From: an uncultured delta proteobacterium
Lineage (GTDB): Bacteria; Desulfobacterota; Binatia; Binatales; Binataceae
Direction of reading: 5' to 3'
Length of the DNA stretch: 64,000 nt
NCBI GenBank assembly: GCA_963710425.1
Contig: CAVQAR010000024.1
Location: 85,935 to 149,934 of the forward strand
Made by a program: the position numbers and the translations under genes. Of this stretch, positions 30,700-40,551 are shown piece after piece (the first letter of the stretch is position 1; every line of letters starts with the position of its first letter). A model generated the notes under the pieces. The model was not told the DNA's origin. It saw only the letters and a list, made by a program, of their open reading frames with translations, and searched no databases.

Positions 30700-30739
30700 T
30701 TGACATTCGAGTCCGGTCGGACTACCAATGGTTGAACCA
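30700..30739 (+). promoter_or_regulatory. Putative promoter (TTGACA -35, TACCAA at 17-nt spacing) overlapped by a FadR/GntR-type palindromic operator TGGTTGAACCA
   Basis: ttgaca at 30700-30705. Perfect 11-bp palindrome at 30729-30739 that fits TNGTNNNACNA. It lies in the 88-bp divergent gap between the ACAD operon and the gntR-family gene. Confidence 0.45.
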
Positions 30740-30761
30740 ATGGAACACATGAGCGATACGA

Positions 30762-31541
30762 ATGTCAAGCGCCACAAAGCCGATGCGGGTGGCGACGCCG
30801 CGCCCGGCGCAGTTCAGCCGCATCCGCAACCTGCGCGCGTTCGAGGAAATCGCCGACCAGATTCGCAAGGAGCTTTCCGACCGGCGGCTTAGAGCGGGCG
30901 ATCGGCTGCCGCCGGAGCGCGTGTTGGCGGAGCAGTTCGGGGTGTCGCGCAACACGCTACGCGAGGCGCTGCGGTCGCTCGAAAATGCCGGCTTGCTCCG
31001 CTTGCAGAAGGGTGCGACCGGCGGCGCGTTCGTGCGCGAGAGCACCGGCGACGCGATAATCACCGGTTTGCGCGACATGTTCCATCTCGGTGCGATTCAG
31101 CCTGAGCATCTGACCGAGGCGCGGGTAATGATCGAATCGAGCGCGGTGCGCGCTGCGTGCGAGCGCGCGACGCCGGAGGATATCGCGGCGCTCAACGCGA
31201 ATATCGCCTCGGCGGCGAAAGCGGCGCGCGAGAATATCGATTTTTACGATCAGGCGGCGATCCATCTCGATTTTCATCGCGTCATCGCGCGCGCGACCAA
31301 AAATCCGGTGATGGTAATCGTGATGGAAGCGCTGCTCGACGTCATGCAGCACTTCATCCGGGCGATCGGGCAAAAGCGAAATCCGTGGGTGCTGCCGTCG
31401 CGCCGGCGTTTCATGAAACATTTTGAAGCGGGCGACAGCGATGCGGCCGTGAAAGAGATGGAGCAGCATCTCGAGCGGTTGAATCGTCACTACTTGTCGC
31501 TGATGAAAGAAAAAGATCGCGCCGAGGCGGCTGGTGAATAA
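30762..31541 (+). CDS. GntR-family transcriptional regulator (FadR subfamily, FCD domain)
   Basis: wHTH LPPERVLAEQFGVSRNTLREALRSLENAGLLRLQKGATGGAFV plus a helical C-terminal domain. Confidence 0.9.
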   Translation: MSSATKPMRVATPRPAQFSRIRNLRAFEEIADQIRKELSDRRLRAGDRLPPERVLAEQFGVSRNTLREALRSLENAGLLRLQKGATGGAFVRESTGDAIITGLRDMFHLGAIQPEHLTEARVMIESSAVRAACERATPEDIAALNANIASAAKAARENIDFYDQAAIHLDFHRVIARATKNPVMVIVMEALLDVMQHFIRAIGQKRNPWVLPSRRRFMKHFEAGDSDAAVKEMEQHLERLNRHYLSLMKEKDRAEAAGE

Positions 31542-32742
31542 CGATATTCTGAGCGGCGTGCGCGTGCTCGACTTCACGACCATCGTGTCGGGGCCGTATT
31601 GCACGCGACTGCTCGCGGATCTTGGCGCCGAGGTTCTTAAGATTGAGCCGCCCGAGGGCGATTTCATCCGGACGCAGCCGCCGATTCGCTCCGGCAAGAG
31701 CGCTTACTTCGCGCATCTGAATTGCGGCAAGAAAAGTCTCGCAATCGATTTGCGCAAAGCCGGTGCGGGAGATCTGATTCGCGAGCTGGCAACGAAGTCG
31801 GACGTCGTTGTCGAAAATTCGCGGCCGGGCGTCATGCAGCGGCTCGGCCTCGACTACGCGACGCTCGCACGGCTGAATCCGCGAATCGTTTACTGCTCGA
31901 TTTCGGGCTTTGGCCAAAGCGGGCCGTGGGCGACGCGCAGCGCATACGCGCCGATGTTGCACGCGGCCAGCGGTTTCGACCTAGTGAACCTATCGTATCA
32001 GGACAGGCTCGAGCGGCCGCTCAACACCGGTATCTATGTGGGCGACGTGTTGGGCGGGACGTACGCGTTCGGCGCGATTCAGTCGGCGCTGCTCGCTCGC
32101 GAGCGCACCGGCCGCGGCGATTGCATCGATCTGGCGATGATGGACGGCATCCTCGGCATGCTCATCTATGAGTTCCAGGAGGCGCAGCTTCCGCCGATGA
32201 GGAAGACCAACACTTTTCAGCCGACGCGGGCCAAGGATGGATTCGTGATGATCGCGGCGGTCAAGCCGAACAATTACGAGGCGTTGGCGCGCGCGGTCGG
32301 ACATCCCGAATGGCTGACTGATCCGCGTTTCGCGACGGCGAAAGGTCGAGCTGCGAATTGGGCGTGGTTCATGTCGATGCTGGACGAATGGGCGTCGTCG
32401 CGAACGATGCGCGAGTGCGAAGCGATTTTGACCGAGGGCGGCGTGCCCTGCTCGCGGTATTACACGGTGCGCGAGGCGCTGGCGCATCCGCATCTTGCTG
32501 AGCGCGGCAGCTTCGAAGTGATCGACGACGGCGCGGGGCCGCTGAAGGTGCCGAATCCAGCCTTCAAGTTTGGCAACTCGACGGCCAAGGCGCGCAACTA
32601 TGTGCCGGCGCTCGGCGCCGACAACGCGCGGGTGCTTTCGAGCGTGCTGGGGTATTCCGCAGATCGCATCGCCGCGCTATACGAGAAACAGATCCTTCAC
32701 GACGATAGCGGCCGCGCTTCGGGAGGACATGCAAATGGGTGA
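31534..32742 (+). CDS. Family III CoA-transferase (CaiB/BaiF)
   Basis: GVRVLDFTTIVSGPYCTRLLADLGAEVLKIEPPEGD. 402 aa. Confidence 0.9.
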   Translation: MNNDILSGVRVLDFTTIVSGPYCTRLLADLGAEVLKIEPPEGDFIRTQPPIRSGKSAYFAHLNCGKKSLAIDLRKAGAGDLIRELATKSDVVVENSRPGVMQRLGLDYATLARLNPRIVYCSISGFGQSGPWATRSAYAPMLHAASGFDLVNLSYQDRLERPLNTGIYVGDVLGGTYAFGAIQSALLARERTGRGDCIDLAMMDGILGMLIYEFQEAQLPPMRKTNTFQPTRAKDGFVMIAAVKPNNYEALARAVGHPEWLTDPRFATAKGRAANWAWFMSMLDEWASSRTMRECEAILTEGGVPCSRYYTVREALAHPHLAERGSFEVIDDGAGPLKVPNPAFKFGNSTAKARNYVPALGADNARVLSSVLGYSADRIAALYEKQILHDDSGRASGGHANG

Positions 32743-33788
32743 GATTCTCGCAGTTGGAATAACTCACTACCCGCCCCTGGCCGGCAGCGACGAAACGATG
32801 TCGTGGATACTGAAGCGGATGCTGCAGAACCCGCATCTGCCGGAAAGATTTCGCAGTGCGCAAAACTGGCCGGAAGCGATGCGCGCAGAATGGGGCAACG
32901 ACGAGGGCGACGACCGCTGCGCGGGCGCATCGCGAGCGCCTGGTGCGATCGCTGCGCAAGGCGCGCGCGCAAATCGACGAGTTTCGTCCCGACTTCATCG
33001 TGGTGTGGGGCGACGATCAATACGAAAATTTTCGCGAGGATGTGATTCCGCCTTATTGCATCTACGCGCACGAATCATTCGAGTTCGCGCCGCCGCCGCA
33101 CAATGTGTGGAAGGATGCGCCCGACAAGAAATTTCATGCGGCGGGCAACGTCGCAGCCGCCAAGTATCTCGCGGGCGGTTTGATCGAGGCGGGCTTCGAC
33201 ACCGCCTACTCATACAAACCTTTACATCATCCGCTGGGCCACGCGTTCGCCAATGCCGTGCTGTATCTCGATTACGATCGGAAGGGGTTTTCGTATCCGA
33301 TCATTCCATTCGCGATCAATTGCTACGGGCGCAAGGTGATCGCGCAGCGCGGCGGGCTGCCGGCGTTCGAAAATCCGCCGTCGGAAGCGCAGCTCGATCC
33401 GCCGGCGCCGACGCCGCGACGACTGTTCGATCTGGGCGCTGCGACTGCGCGGATTTTTGCGGAGAGTCCGTGGCGAGTCGCGCTGATGGCGTCGTCGGGA
33501 TGGTCGCACGCGTTCCTCACGGCGAAAAACAATTTTCTGTATCCGGACACGCCGGCGGACCGGGCGCTGTTCGAGGCCTTGCGCGCCGGCAACTTCGACG
33601 CGTGGCGGAATTATCCAGCAGCGTCGGTCGAGGCCAGCGGCCAGCAGGAAATCCTCAACTGGATGTGCCTGGCGGGAGTGCTCGCCGAATTGAAGCGCAA
33701 GCCGGTCGGAGGCGGAATTTATCGACACGTGGATTTTCAATTCGTCGAAGTGTTTCGTTACGGCGCCGCCGCCGCGCTAGGCAGATGA
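32735..33788 (+). CDS. LigB-family (class III) extradiol ring-cleavage dioxygenase, frame change near 32915 and possibly near 33705
   Basis: MGEILAVGITHYPPL start after GGGAGGA. The body is in ORF 32856..33788 (FIVVWGDDQYENF, SSGWSHAF). An alternative C-terminus EAEFIDTWIFNSSKCFV is readable in another frame. Confidence 0.75.
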
Positions 33789-34600
33789 AGCTAAGCGGAA
33801 AAGTTGCGCTGGTCACGGGGACCAGCACGAATATCGGCGGCGGTATCGCTGAGGGTCTCGCGGCTGAGGGCGCGGCGCTCACTTGCGTCGATGCGCGCGC
33901 GGAAAATGCGGCTGACTGTGCGCGTTACATAAAGAGTACCGGCGGACGCGCGACGGCGGTGACTTGCGACGTGACCGATGAGCGGCAGGTGATCGCGGCG
34001 GTCGCGGCTGCGCGCGAACATTTCGGCGGAGTCGATATCCTCGTGAACAACGCCGTCATCTTCAACAAGAAAGGCGTCATCGATATGCCGCTCGACGAAT
34101 GGCGGCGACAGCTCGAGATAATTCTCGGCGGTGCGTTCCTGTTCACCAAGCACGTTGCGAAGTCGATGATCGAGCAGGGACGCAAAGGCGCCATCATCAA
34201 TATCATCTCGACCGCGGGGCATCAGGGCGAGCCGAATAACATCGCGTACTGCACTGGCAAGGCTGGGCTGCTGAACTTCACGCGGTCGGCGGCGATGGAA
34301 CTGGTCGCGCACGGCATCCGCGTCAACAGTCTCACGCCGACGGCGACCGATCCGATGGAGTCACTGGTGCGCGCGGCGCGATGGGGGCGGCCGGATCGCA
34401 GTGGAGAGCAAATCAAGAATGCTTTCGAGCCGTTTCGAAAAGGCGTGCCGATGCAAAAGCTGCCGAGTCCGAGCGATTATGGAATGGCGGCGGTATTTTT
34501 GGCGTCGGACGACGCCGGGATGATCACGGGGACGGATCTTCGCGTCGATGCGGGTGCGATCGCGCGTTACTGGGCGTGGGATCCTTCTGACAATCAGTAG
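33785..34600 (+). CDS. Short-chain dehydrogenase/reductase
   Basis: KVALVTGTSTNIGGG, NNAV, catalytic YCTGK. The 676-aa ORF 32570..34600 is a chimera whose last 272 codons are this gene. Confidence 0.9.
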   Translation: MKLSGKVALVTGTSTNIGGGIAEGLAAEGAALTCVDARAENAADCARYIKSTGGRATAVTCDVTDERQVIAAVAAAREHFGGVDILVNNAVIFNKKGVIDMPLDEWRRQLEIILGGAFLFTKHVAKSMIEQGRKGAIINIISTAGHQGEPNNIAYCTGKAGLLNFTRSAAMELVAHGIRVNSLTPTATDPMESLVRAARWGRPDRSGEQIKNAFEPFRKGVPMQKLPSPSDYGMAAVFLASDDAGMITGTDLRVDAGAIARYWAWDPSDNQ

Positions 34601-34615
34601 CGAGAGGAGAAGCAC

Positions 34616-35908
34616 GTGGAAAAATCAGCCGAGAGCTACGTCATAGACGATCAGGATGCTGGGCTGTTTCGGGTTAATCGGCGGGCGTTTACCGATCCGG
34701 AGTGTCTCGCTGACGAGAGACGGCGGGTCTTCGATAAGTGCTGGATCTATGTTGGTCATGAGTCGGAGGTGTCGCACGCGGGCGACTATCGTTCGCGCAA
34801 TGTCGCGGGACGGCCGATGATCCTGGTGCGCGGCGATGACAGCGGGGTGAGGGTTCTGCTCAACACGTGTACGCATCGTGGGTCGCTGGTATGCCGGCAG
34901 AAGTCAGGCAATGCAAAAACGTTTCAGTGTCCCTATCACGCCTGGACCTTTAATTCGCGCGGGCAACTGGTAGGAGTGCCGGGTGAGGAGTCCTATAGCG
35001 ACGCGTTCAAGCGCGATGACATGGGACTCATGTCGCCGCCTCAAGTGGATAACTATCGCGGATTCATTTTCGCTTGCTTCGATAGCGCTGCCGATAGCCT
35101 CTATGACTACTTAGCTGGCGCGCGCGAGTACCTGGACCTGGTTGCCGATCAGTCAGAGCTAGGCATGAAGATTGTTTCGGGTCAGCAGGCTTATAGCGCA
35201 CGGGCTAACTGGAAGCTGCTGGTCGAAAACAGCTATGACGGGTATCACGGCCTGCCGACGCATCAGCGGTATTTCAGCTTCCTATCGGACATAGGTGTCG
35301 ATATGAAAGGCCGCGACGTGGCGACGCCGTCTCATCAGAAGGCGGTCGATCTCGGTAATGGTCACGCGGTAGTCGAATACCAAAGCGCGTGGGGACGGCC
35401 GATTGCGCACTGGGTCGCGCCGTTTGGGGAGCATCGTAAGGCTCATTTTGAGGAAGTGCGGCGCCGCTTTGACGCGCGCTTCGGGCCCGAGCGCTCGCGG
35501 CGGATTTGCGAGACCAGCCGCAACCTCGGCATTTTTCCGAACCTGGTAATTAACGACATCATGGCGATCACGGTTCGTACCTTCTATCCGGTTTCGCCTG
35601 ACTACATGGAGGTGAACGCGTGGGCGCTGGCGCCGGCGGACGAGAGCGCGGAGGACTCGGCGCTAAGGCTCGACAACTTTCTCACTTTCCTTGGCCCGGG
35701 AGGTTTCGCCACGCCAGACGATGTCGAGATGCTCGAGTCGTGTCAGCGCGGCTTTGCCAATCATGAAGTAGGATGGTCGGATATCTCGCGCGGGATGAAG
35801 CGGGAGCATCCGTCGATTACCGATGAACTGCAGATGCGCGCGTTCTGGCGGCGATGGAATCATCTTATGACAGCGCCACAGCTAAAGCGCGCGAGGAAGG
35901 CGGCATGA
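34616..35908 (+). CDS. Rieske aromatic ring-hydroxylating oxygenase, alpha subunit (BenA/AntA-like)
   Basis: CTHRGSLVC...CPYHAWTF Rieske motif. Catalytic-domain His/Asp region. 430 aa. Confidence 0.9.
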   Translation: MEKSAESYVIDDQDAGLFRVNRRAFTDPECLADERRRVFDKCWIYVGHESEVSHAGDYRSRNVAGRPMILVRGDDSGVRVLLNTCTHRGSLVCRQKSGNAKTFQCPYHAWTFNSRGQLVGVPGEESYSDAFKRDDMGLMSPPQVDNYRGFIFACFDSAADSLYDYLAGAREYLDLVADQSELGMKIVSGQQAYSARANWKLLVENSYDGYHGLPTHQRYFSFLSDIGVDMKGRDVATPSHQKAVDLGNGHAVVEYQSAWGRPIAHWVAPFGEHRKAHFEEVRRRFDARFGPERSRRICETSRNLGIFPNLVINDIMAITVRTFYPVSPDYMEVNAWALAPADESAEDSALRLDNFLTFLGPGGFATPDDVEMLESCQRGFANHEVGWSDISRGMKREHPSITDELQMRAFWRRWNHLMTAPQLKRARKAA

Positions 35909-36398
35909 GTGGCGTCGAATTGCCTAGCCGCCAGCAAGTCGAGGACCTTCTATATAAGGAGGCGGCGCTGCTCGACGAATGGCGGCTAGATGAATGGCTG
36001 GAACTTCTCACCGAAGATGCGGTGTATGAGATACCGCCTACGGACGTTCCTGAAGGAGATTCGCGAAATACGCTGTTCATCATCGCGGATGATGCGGTAA
36101 GGATACGATCGCGCGTCAAGCAGTTGCTCGGCAAGGCGGCGTGGTCGGAGAATCCGCGATCGCGCACGCGGAGGATGATTGCCAACGTGCGCGTCGTCGG
36201 TGCGGACAGCAGATAGCATTCTAGTAACCGCCAACTTTGCGGTGCATAGGATGCGTTATGAGTCGGTCGATACGTACATAGGACATTACGACTACAAGCT
36301 TGTTCGCAAGGGCAACGATCTTAAGAATCCGCGAGAGAAGAGCTATCCTGGATAACGAGGCGCTGCGGCCGCACGGTAAGATCAGCTTCATTCTATAA
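35905..36398 (+). CDS. Ring-hydroxylating oxygenase beta subunit, two frame changes (near 36212 and 36335)
   Basis: ATG overlaps the alpha stop (ATGA). LLYKEAALLDEWRLDEWLELLTEDAVY. Continues as DSILVTANFAVHRMRY...YDYKLVRKGNDLK and IRERRAILDNEALRPHGKISFIL in other frames. Confidence 0.75.
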
Positions 36399-36421
36399 CT
36401 AACAATACGTTGGAGGACGCG

Positions 36422-37405
36422 ATGGATGTCATCGACATGCACAATCACTTCATCGCGCCCGAGATAATCGATTTCCTGGCGCGCGAGGGTAAGCATTTCG
36501 CGACCAGGATCGTCGAGCGCGAGGGGCGCCGGTTTCTTTTGATCCAGGAAAAGGCGATGCGGCCGATCGACGGGCCGATCTCAAACGCGCAGGCGCGGAT
36601 CGCGGACATGGAGCGCGAGGGCGTCACGAGGCAGGCGGTTTCGTGCGTTCCGTTCCTGATGTATCCGGACGTCGAAGCGGCGCTCGGACTCGCGATCGCG
36701 CAGGTCAACAACGACATGATGGCGGCTCTGAACGCGAGCGACCCCGATCACTTCGTGCCGCTGGCGAGCGTCCCGATGCAGGATCCGCTGATGGCGGTGA
36801 AAGAACTGGAGCGCGCGGCGAAGTTGGGGCTTCGTGGGGTTGAGATTCCGCCGAAGGTGGTTGAGCGTCAGCTCGATGAGCCGGATTTCGAGGTGTTCTG
36901 GAGTGCGGCTGAAGCGTTGCGGATGGTGGTTTGCATTCATCCATTCGAAGCTGCGCCGTCTGGGGCGCTTGGCAGATATTTTCTCGGCAACCTGGTCGGC
37001 AATCTTTACGATACGGGGCTTGCCGCTGCGCTGCTGATTTACGGCGGCGTGCTCGAGCGCCATCCTGACTTGCGAATCGTTCTCTATCACGCCGGCGGTG
37101 CTTTGCCCGCGCTGGTGGGACGACTCGACATGGGATATCGGCTGGTGCCGGAGTGCCGCCAGGCAATTCCGCGGCCGCCATCAAGCTACGCGAATCAGTT
37201 CTACTTCGATATCATCGCGCATAGCCGTGGAATGCTAAGTCACCTGGTGAAGACCTATGGTGCGGATCGATTCGTCGTCGGCACCGACTATCCGTTGCCC
37301 GCCGGCCTGGCGCATCCGGTGGAAGAAGTCAAAGCGCTTGGCCTCGATGCGGGCGACGAAGCTAAAATTCTGGGCGCCAACGCACGACGACTGCTACGGC
37401 TCTGA
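36422..37405 (+). CDS. Amidohydrolase_2 (ACMSD/LigW-type decarboxylase or hydratase family)
   Basis: MDVIDMHNHF metal-binding HxH. Length and pattern match the ACMSD family. GGAGGA lies 6 nt upstream of the ATG. Confidence 0.8.
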   Translation: MDVIDMHNHFIAPEIIDFLAREGKHFATRIVEREGRRFLLIQEKAMRPIDGPISNAQARIADMEREGVTRQAVSCVPFLMYPDVEAALGLAIAQVNNDMMAALNASDPDHFVPLASVPMQDPLMAVKELERAAKLGLRGVEIPPKVVERQLDEPDFEVFWSAAEALRMVVCIHPFEAAPSGALGRYFLGNLVGNLYDTGLAAALLIYGGVLERHPDLRIVLYHAGGALPALVGRLDMGYRLVPECRQAIPRPPSSYANQFYFDIIAHSRGMLSHLVKTYGADRFVVGTDYPLPAGLAHPVEEVKALGLDAGDEAKILGANARRLLRL

Positions 37406-37459
37406 CGATTACCGCTCTCTCGGCCAAGGTGGTATATAGAGTTGGGAGAGGACAGATCA

Positions 37460-38704
37460 ATGGCGAACAAGCCGCAGATGCTGGAAGGCTATCGGGTGCT
37501 GGATTTCACGCAGTTCGTCGCGGGACCTACTTGCACGCGACTGCTCGGTGAGATGGGCGCCGAAGTAATCAAGCTCGAACTCGCGCCGTTTGGCGATCGC
37601 GTGCGCGCCGACGGGCTCAAGTCGCTCGCGCCCGAATACAAGGGTTCGAGTCATAGCACCTATTACCTACAGCACAACCATTCGAAGCTGAGCTTCGCGA
37701 TCGATCTGAAGAAACCCGGCGCGCGTGAGATCGTGATGTCGATGCTTCCGCAGATCGACGTGGTGGTCGAGAACTTCGCGCCGCGGGTGATCGACCGGTT
37801 GGGATTCGCGTATAAGGATGTCAAGGCAGTCAATCCGAAAATCATCATGTGTTCGATTTCGATGGCGGGGCAGACCGGGCCGCTCTCGGTCAAGGCCGGC
37901 TACGACTTTATCGGCCAGGCCTATGCCGGGGTTACCGATGGGATAGGACAAGTCGATGGGCCGCCGGCGCTGACTACTATGGCTATCGGCGATGTGTCTA
38001 CCGGCGTCGCGGCGGCGATGGCTATAGGATTCGCGCTGTTGCATCGCGAGCGTACGGGTGAAGGTCAGTACCTGGACGCGTCGTTGCTGGATACCTACTT
38101 CCACATGCATGAGAAGACGGTGCCGATCGTGTCGTTGCGCGGCGATAAGTTTCGTCCGACGCGAAGCGGATCGCTGCATCCTGACGGCGGAACTACAGGC
38201 ATCTTTCATTTCCGGGGCGATCAATACGTGCAGATCACATCGACGCCTCATCAATGGCCGCAGTTCGTGCGCGCGCTTGGGATGCCGGAACTGGCGAGTG
38301 ACCCGCGTTTCAAGGATGCGCGGGGTCGTCGCGACAACAAGGAACAGCTTCGGGACGTGATCGAGAGCTGGCTTTCCAAATTTCCCACTCGCGACGATGC
38401 TATCGCCGCGCTCGATGCGGAGCGGGTGCCGTGCGCGCCGGTGCTGACGGTTAATGAAGCCGTAAAGCATCCGCATCTCAACGAGCGCAAGACTGTGCGG
38501 TGGATCAAGGATCCGTTGCTGGGGACTGTCGCGATTCCAGCGGTGCCGGTGAAATTTTCTGCATGGCCGGATAGGACTGAAGTGCGTTCGGCGCGGCTAG
38601 GTGAAGATAACGAGCGGGTGCTGCGGGAATTGCTCAAGATGCCGGCGGATAAGATTCGGCAGCTGTACTCGGATGGGATACTGGTTCGCGATCCGACGCT
38701 TTGA
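37460..38704 (+). CDS. Family III CoA-transferase (CaiB/BaiF), second copy
   Basis: GYRVLDFTQFVAGPTCTRLLGEMGAEVIKLE. Confidence 0.9.
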   Translation: MANKPQMLEGYRVLDFTQFVAGPTCTRLLGEMGAEVIKLELAPFGDRVRADGLKSLAPEYKGSSHSTYYLQHNHSKLSFAIDLKKPGAREIVMSMLPQIDVVVENFAPRVIDRLGFAYKDVKAVNPKIIMCSISMAGQTGPLSVKAGYDFIGQAYAGVTDGIGQVDGPPALTTMAIGDVSTGVAAAMAIGFALLHRERTGEGQYLDASLLDTYFHMHEKTVPIVSLRGDKFRPTRSGSLHPDGGTTGIFHFRGDQYVQITSTPHQWPQFVRALGMPELASDPRFKDARGRRDNKEQLRDVIESWLSKFPTRDDAIAALDAERVPCAPVLTVNEAVKHPHLNERKTVRWIKDPLLGTVAIPAVPVKFSAWPDRTEVRSARLGEDNERVLRELLKMPADKIRQLYSDGILVRDPTL

Positions 38705-38706
38705 GG

Positions 38707-38750
38707 AACCTAACCCCTAACCCCTTCCCATGGTGGGAAGGGGGACCGGA
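38707..38750. repeat. REP-like hairpin repeat, copy 1 (aacctaacccctaa-ccccttccc-atggt-gggaagggg-gaccgga)
   Basis: 9-bp GC stem. Starts 3 nt after the CoA-transferase stop and may also terminate that operon. Confidence 0.7.
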
Positions 38751-38782
38751 AAGATAGTGCGGGCTTTGCGAATGATCCGGAC

Positions 38783-38825
38783 AACCTAACCCCTAACCCC
38801 TTCCCGAGCGGGAAGGGGAACCGGA
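38783..38825. repeat. REP-like hairpin repeat, copy 2
   Basis: Same 14-nt leader and ccccttccc/gggaagggg stem as copy 1, with a different loop (gagc). Confidence 0.7.
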
Positions 38826-38871
38826 TTGTTGGGAGACCCTCCTTAGCGGTGAAGGCAAGATTCATAGTTAA

Positions 38872-40283
38872 TCATTGAGATTTGCATAGGTCTTCATTGT
38901 TGCCGTTACCCGTATAGTTGAGGATATCTGTCTGAAATATTGGTGCTTCTACCTGTTTCTGCAGGTAGAGGTAGTATGGGAGTCGCGGGGCGCTGGCGTG
39001 GTTGGTTAGAAGGACATCCAGGCCGGCTCGATGCGGCTTATCCCAACTCTTTTGGAGATAGGTTTCATAGGTGTCGCAGAATTCCGCGCGAGAGGTCGAT
39101 GACTGCAAGTTCGAGTATAGCGATGCGAGGTCATTCGAGACCGCTCTGACGTTAATCAGCATGAAGAGCGATTTGAACAACCAGCAAGGATAAGAGTCCT
39201 ACGGTTAGGACTCGACTGAATCTCGAGACGCGGTTCGGTAGGTCAAGGCCTATGAGCCAGCATAGGCCGATCCATAACGCTGGATACAGAAACCTTTCGC
39301 CCGGACTGACCATTCCTTCGAACTCATAGCCGGTGGCGATGACGGCAATTCCGCAAACTACTGCGGATGCCAGTACTCCGGCGTATCTTGTGCGGATTTG
39401 GGTCTTCGACAGAATGCAAAGCGGTATCACCAAAGTTAGAGCGATCGCCACGACCAGATTGAGTATCGCAAAGATCTTCATCCAAGGCGCTTGAATTCCA
39501 AGCCACGGCAGAAATTCCGGAAACAACGAGAAAGCGGCGAGCCAGCGGCCGACAAGTTGATGCGGGGTCCAGAACGTCCAGTGTATAGGCATCTGCTTTA
39601 GCGAGGAGCGCCCAACTGCGTACCAAAGTGAGAGTCCTATGCGAGGGTGCGAAGGAAATGGCTAAGGAACCGAGTAAATCGGTTCGCGACTCGACGAGTA
39701 TAAGTGTCAGGGTGACCAGTACGGCGGTCGCATAGGGCACGAAGTGGAAAAGGAACATAGCTATCGATGCGGAGGCGACGAGCCACCAATTGATAGGTTC
39801 CGAGCGATAGAGTCGACGGAATAGGTAGCCGCAATAGAGGAATAAGATGGAGAGACTGAAGAGATATCCCAGCTCTCCCCAGAAGAAGAAGGTGTTCAGC
39901 AGGAACAAGAGTGGGATCAAGAGGAGAGGATTGTCGGCGTCGCGCCGCAGTGAACGCAGTAAGTAGGTCGAAGAAAGCGCCAGCAGGATGACGCAAAGGC
40001 TCAGTACGATTTTTCCCGAGATTTCGGGTGCAAGGATTAAATCCAGCAATCCCAGCATTGCCACCGTTCCAGAGTAAGGGACCGGATAGTGCTTGAACGA
40101 GTAGGAAGCCAGCGCTTGGCCGCGAAGGAGTTTGGCGACGATGGAACCCTCGAAAATCCAATCGGGATAGTCCGAGATCGGCAGAAAGCGGTAACTCCAG
40201 ATCATAGCCAAGGCGCTTATGATGCAGGCCGCGAAGGTGATTCGAAATAAGATGCGCTGGCGGTCGAGGTCAGAATCAAACAC
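38872..40283 (-). CDS. Polytopic integral membrane protein of unknown function (low GC), two frame changes near 39650 and 39180
   Basis: Three ORFs (39324..40283, 39152..39592, 38872..39180) join into about 470 aa with around 10 or more hydrophobic helices and a ~100-aa soluble tail. Local GC is well below the flanks. Confidence 0.6.
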
Positions 40284-40551
40284 TCTGATGGGTCACCAGA
40301 CCGCTAGTGTGCACCAAGAGCCAGACGATGTCATCCGGCCGGCGCTGTCATACTCGCGGCCGACCGGCGCATAAGATCAGACGCCTGCGCGGCGGGCGGC
40401 AGGGGTGACCCCTGCACCCAGTGTAAAAGAAAGAAATCGCGAAATCGCGCGGACGCGCTTTCGCTCTCTGGTTCGGGGTAGGAAAGCAGACGAAAAAGGT
40501 GCCGCCGCAGAGCGAGTTGGTGGACCTCCGAGGCGCAATCCGCGGCGATCG

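Noticed and set aside
32570-34600. 676-aa ORF spanning the LigB and SDR genes as one large protein
   Set aside because: The first ~400 codons are an Arg/Ala-rich off-frame read-through of the LigB-type gene. Only the last 272 codons (from ATG 33785) show SDR motifs.
38707-38825. Possible mini-CRISPR array
   Set aside because: There are only two copies and each is an internally palindromic hairpin. There are no cas genes and no regular repeat-spacer periodicity. This is REP-like rather than CRISPR.
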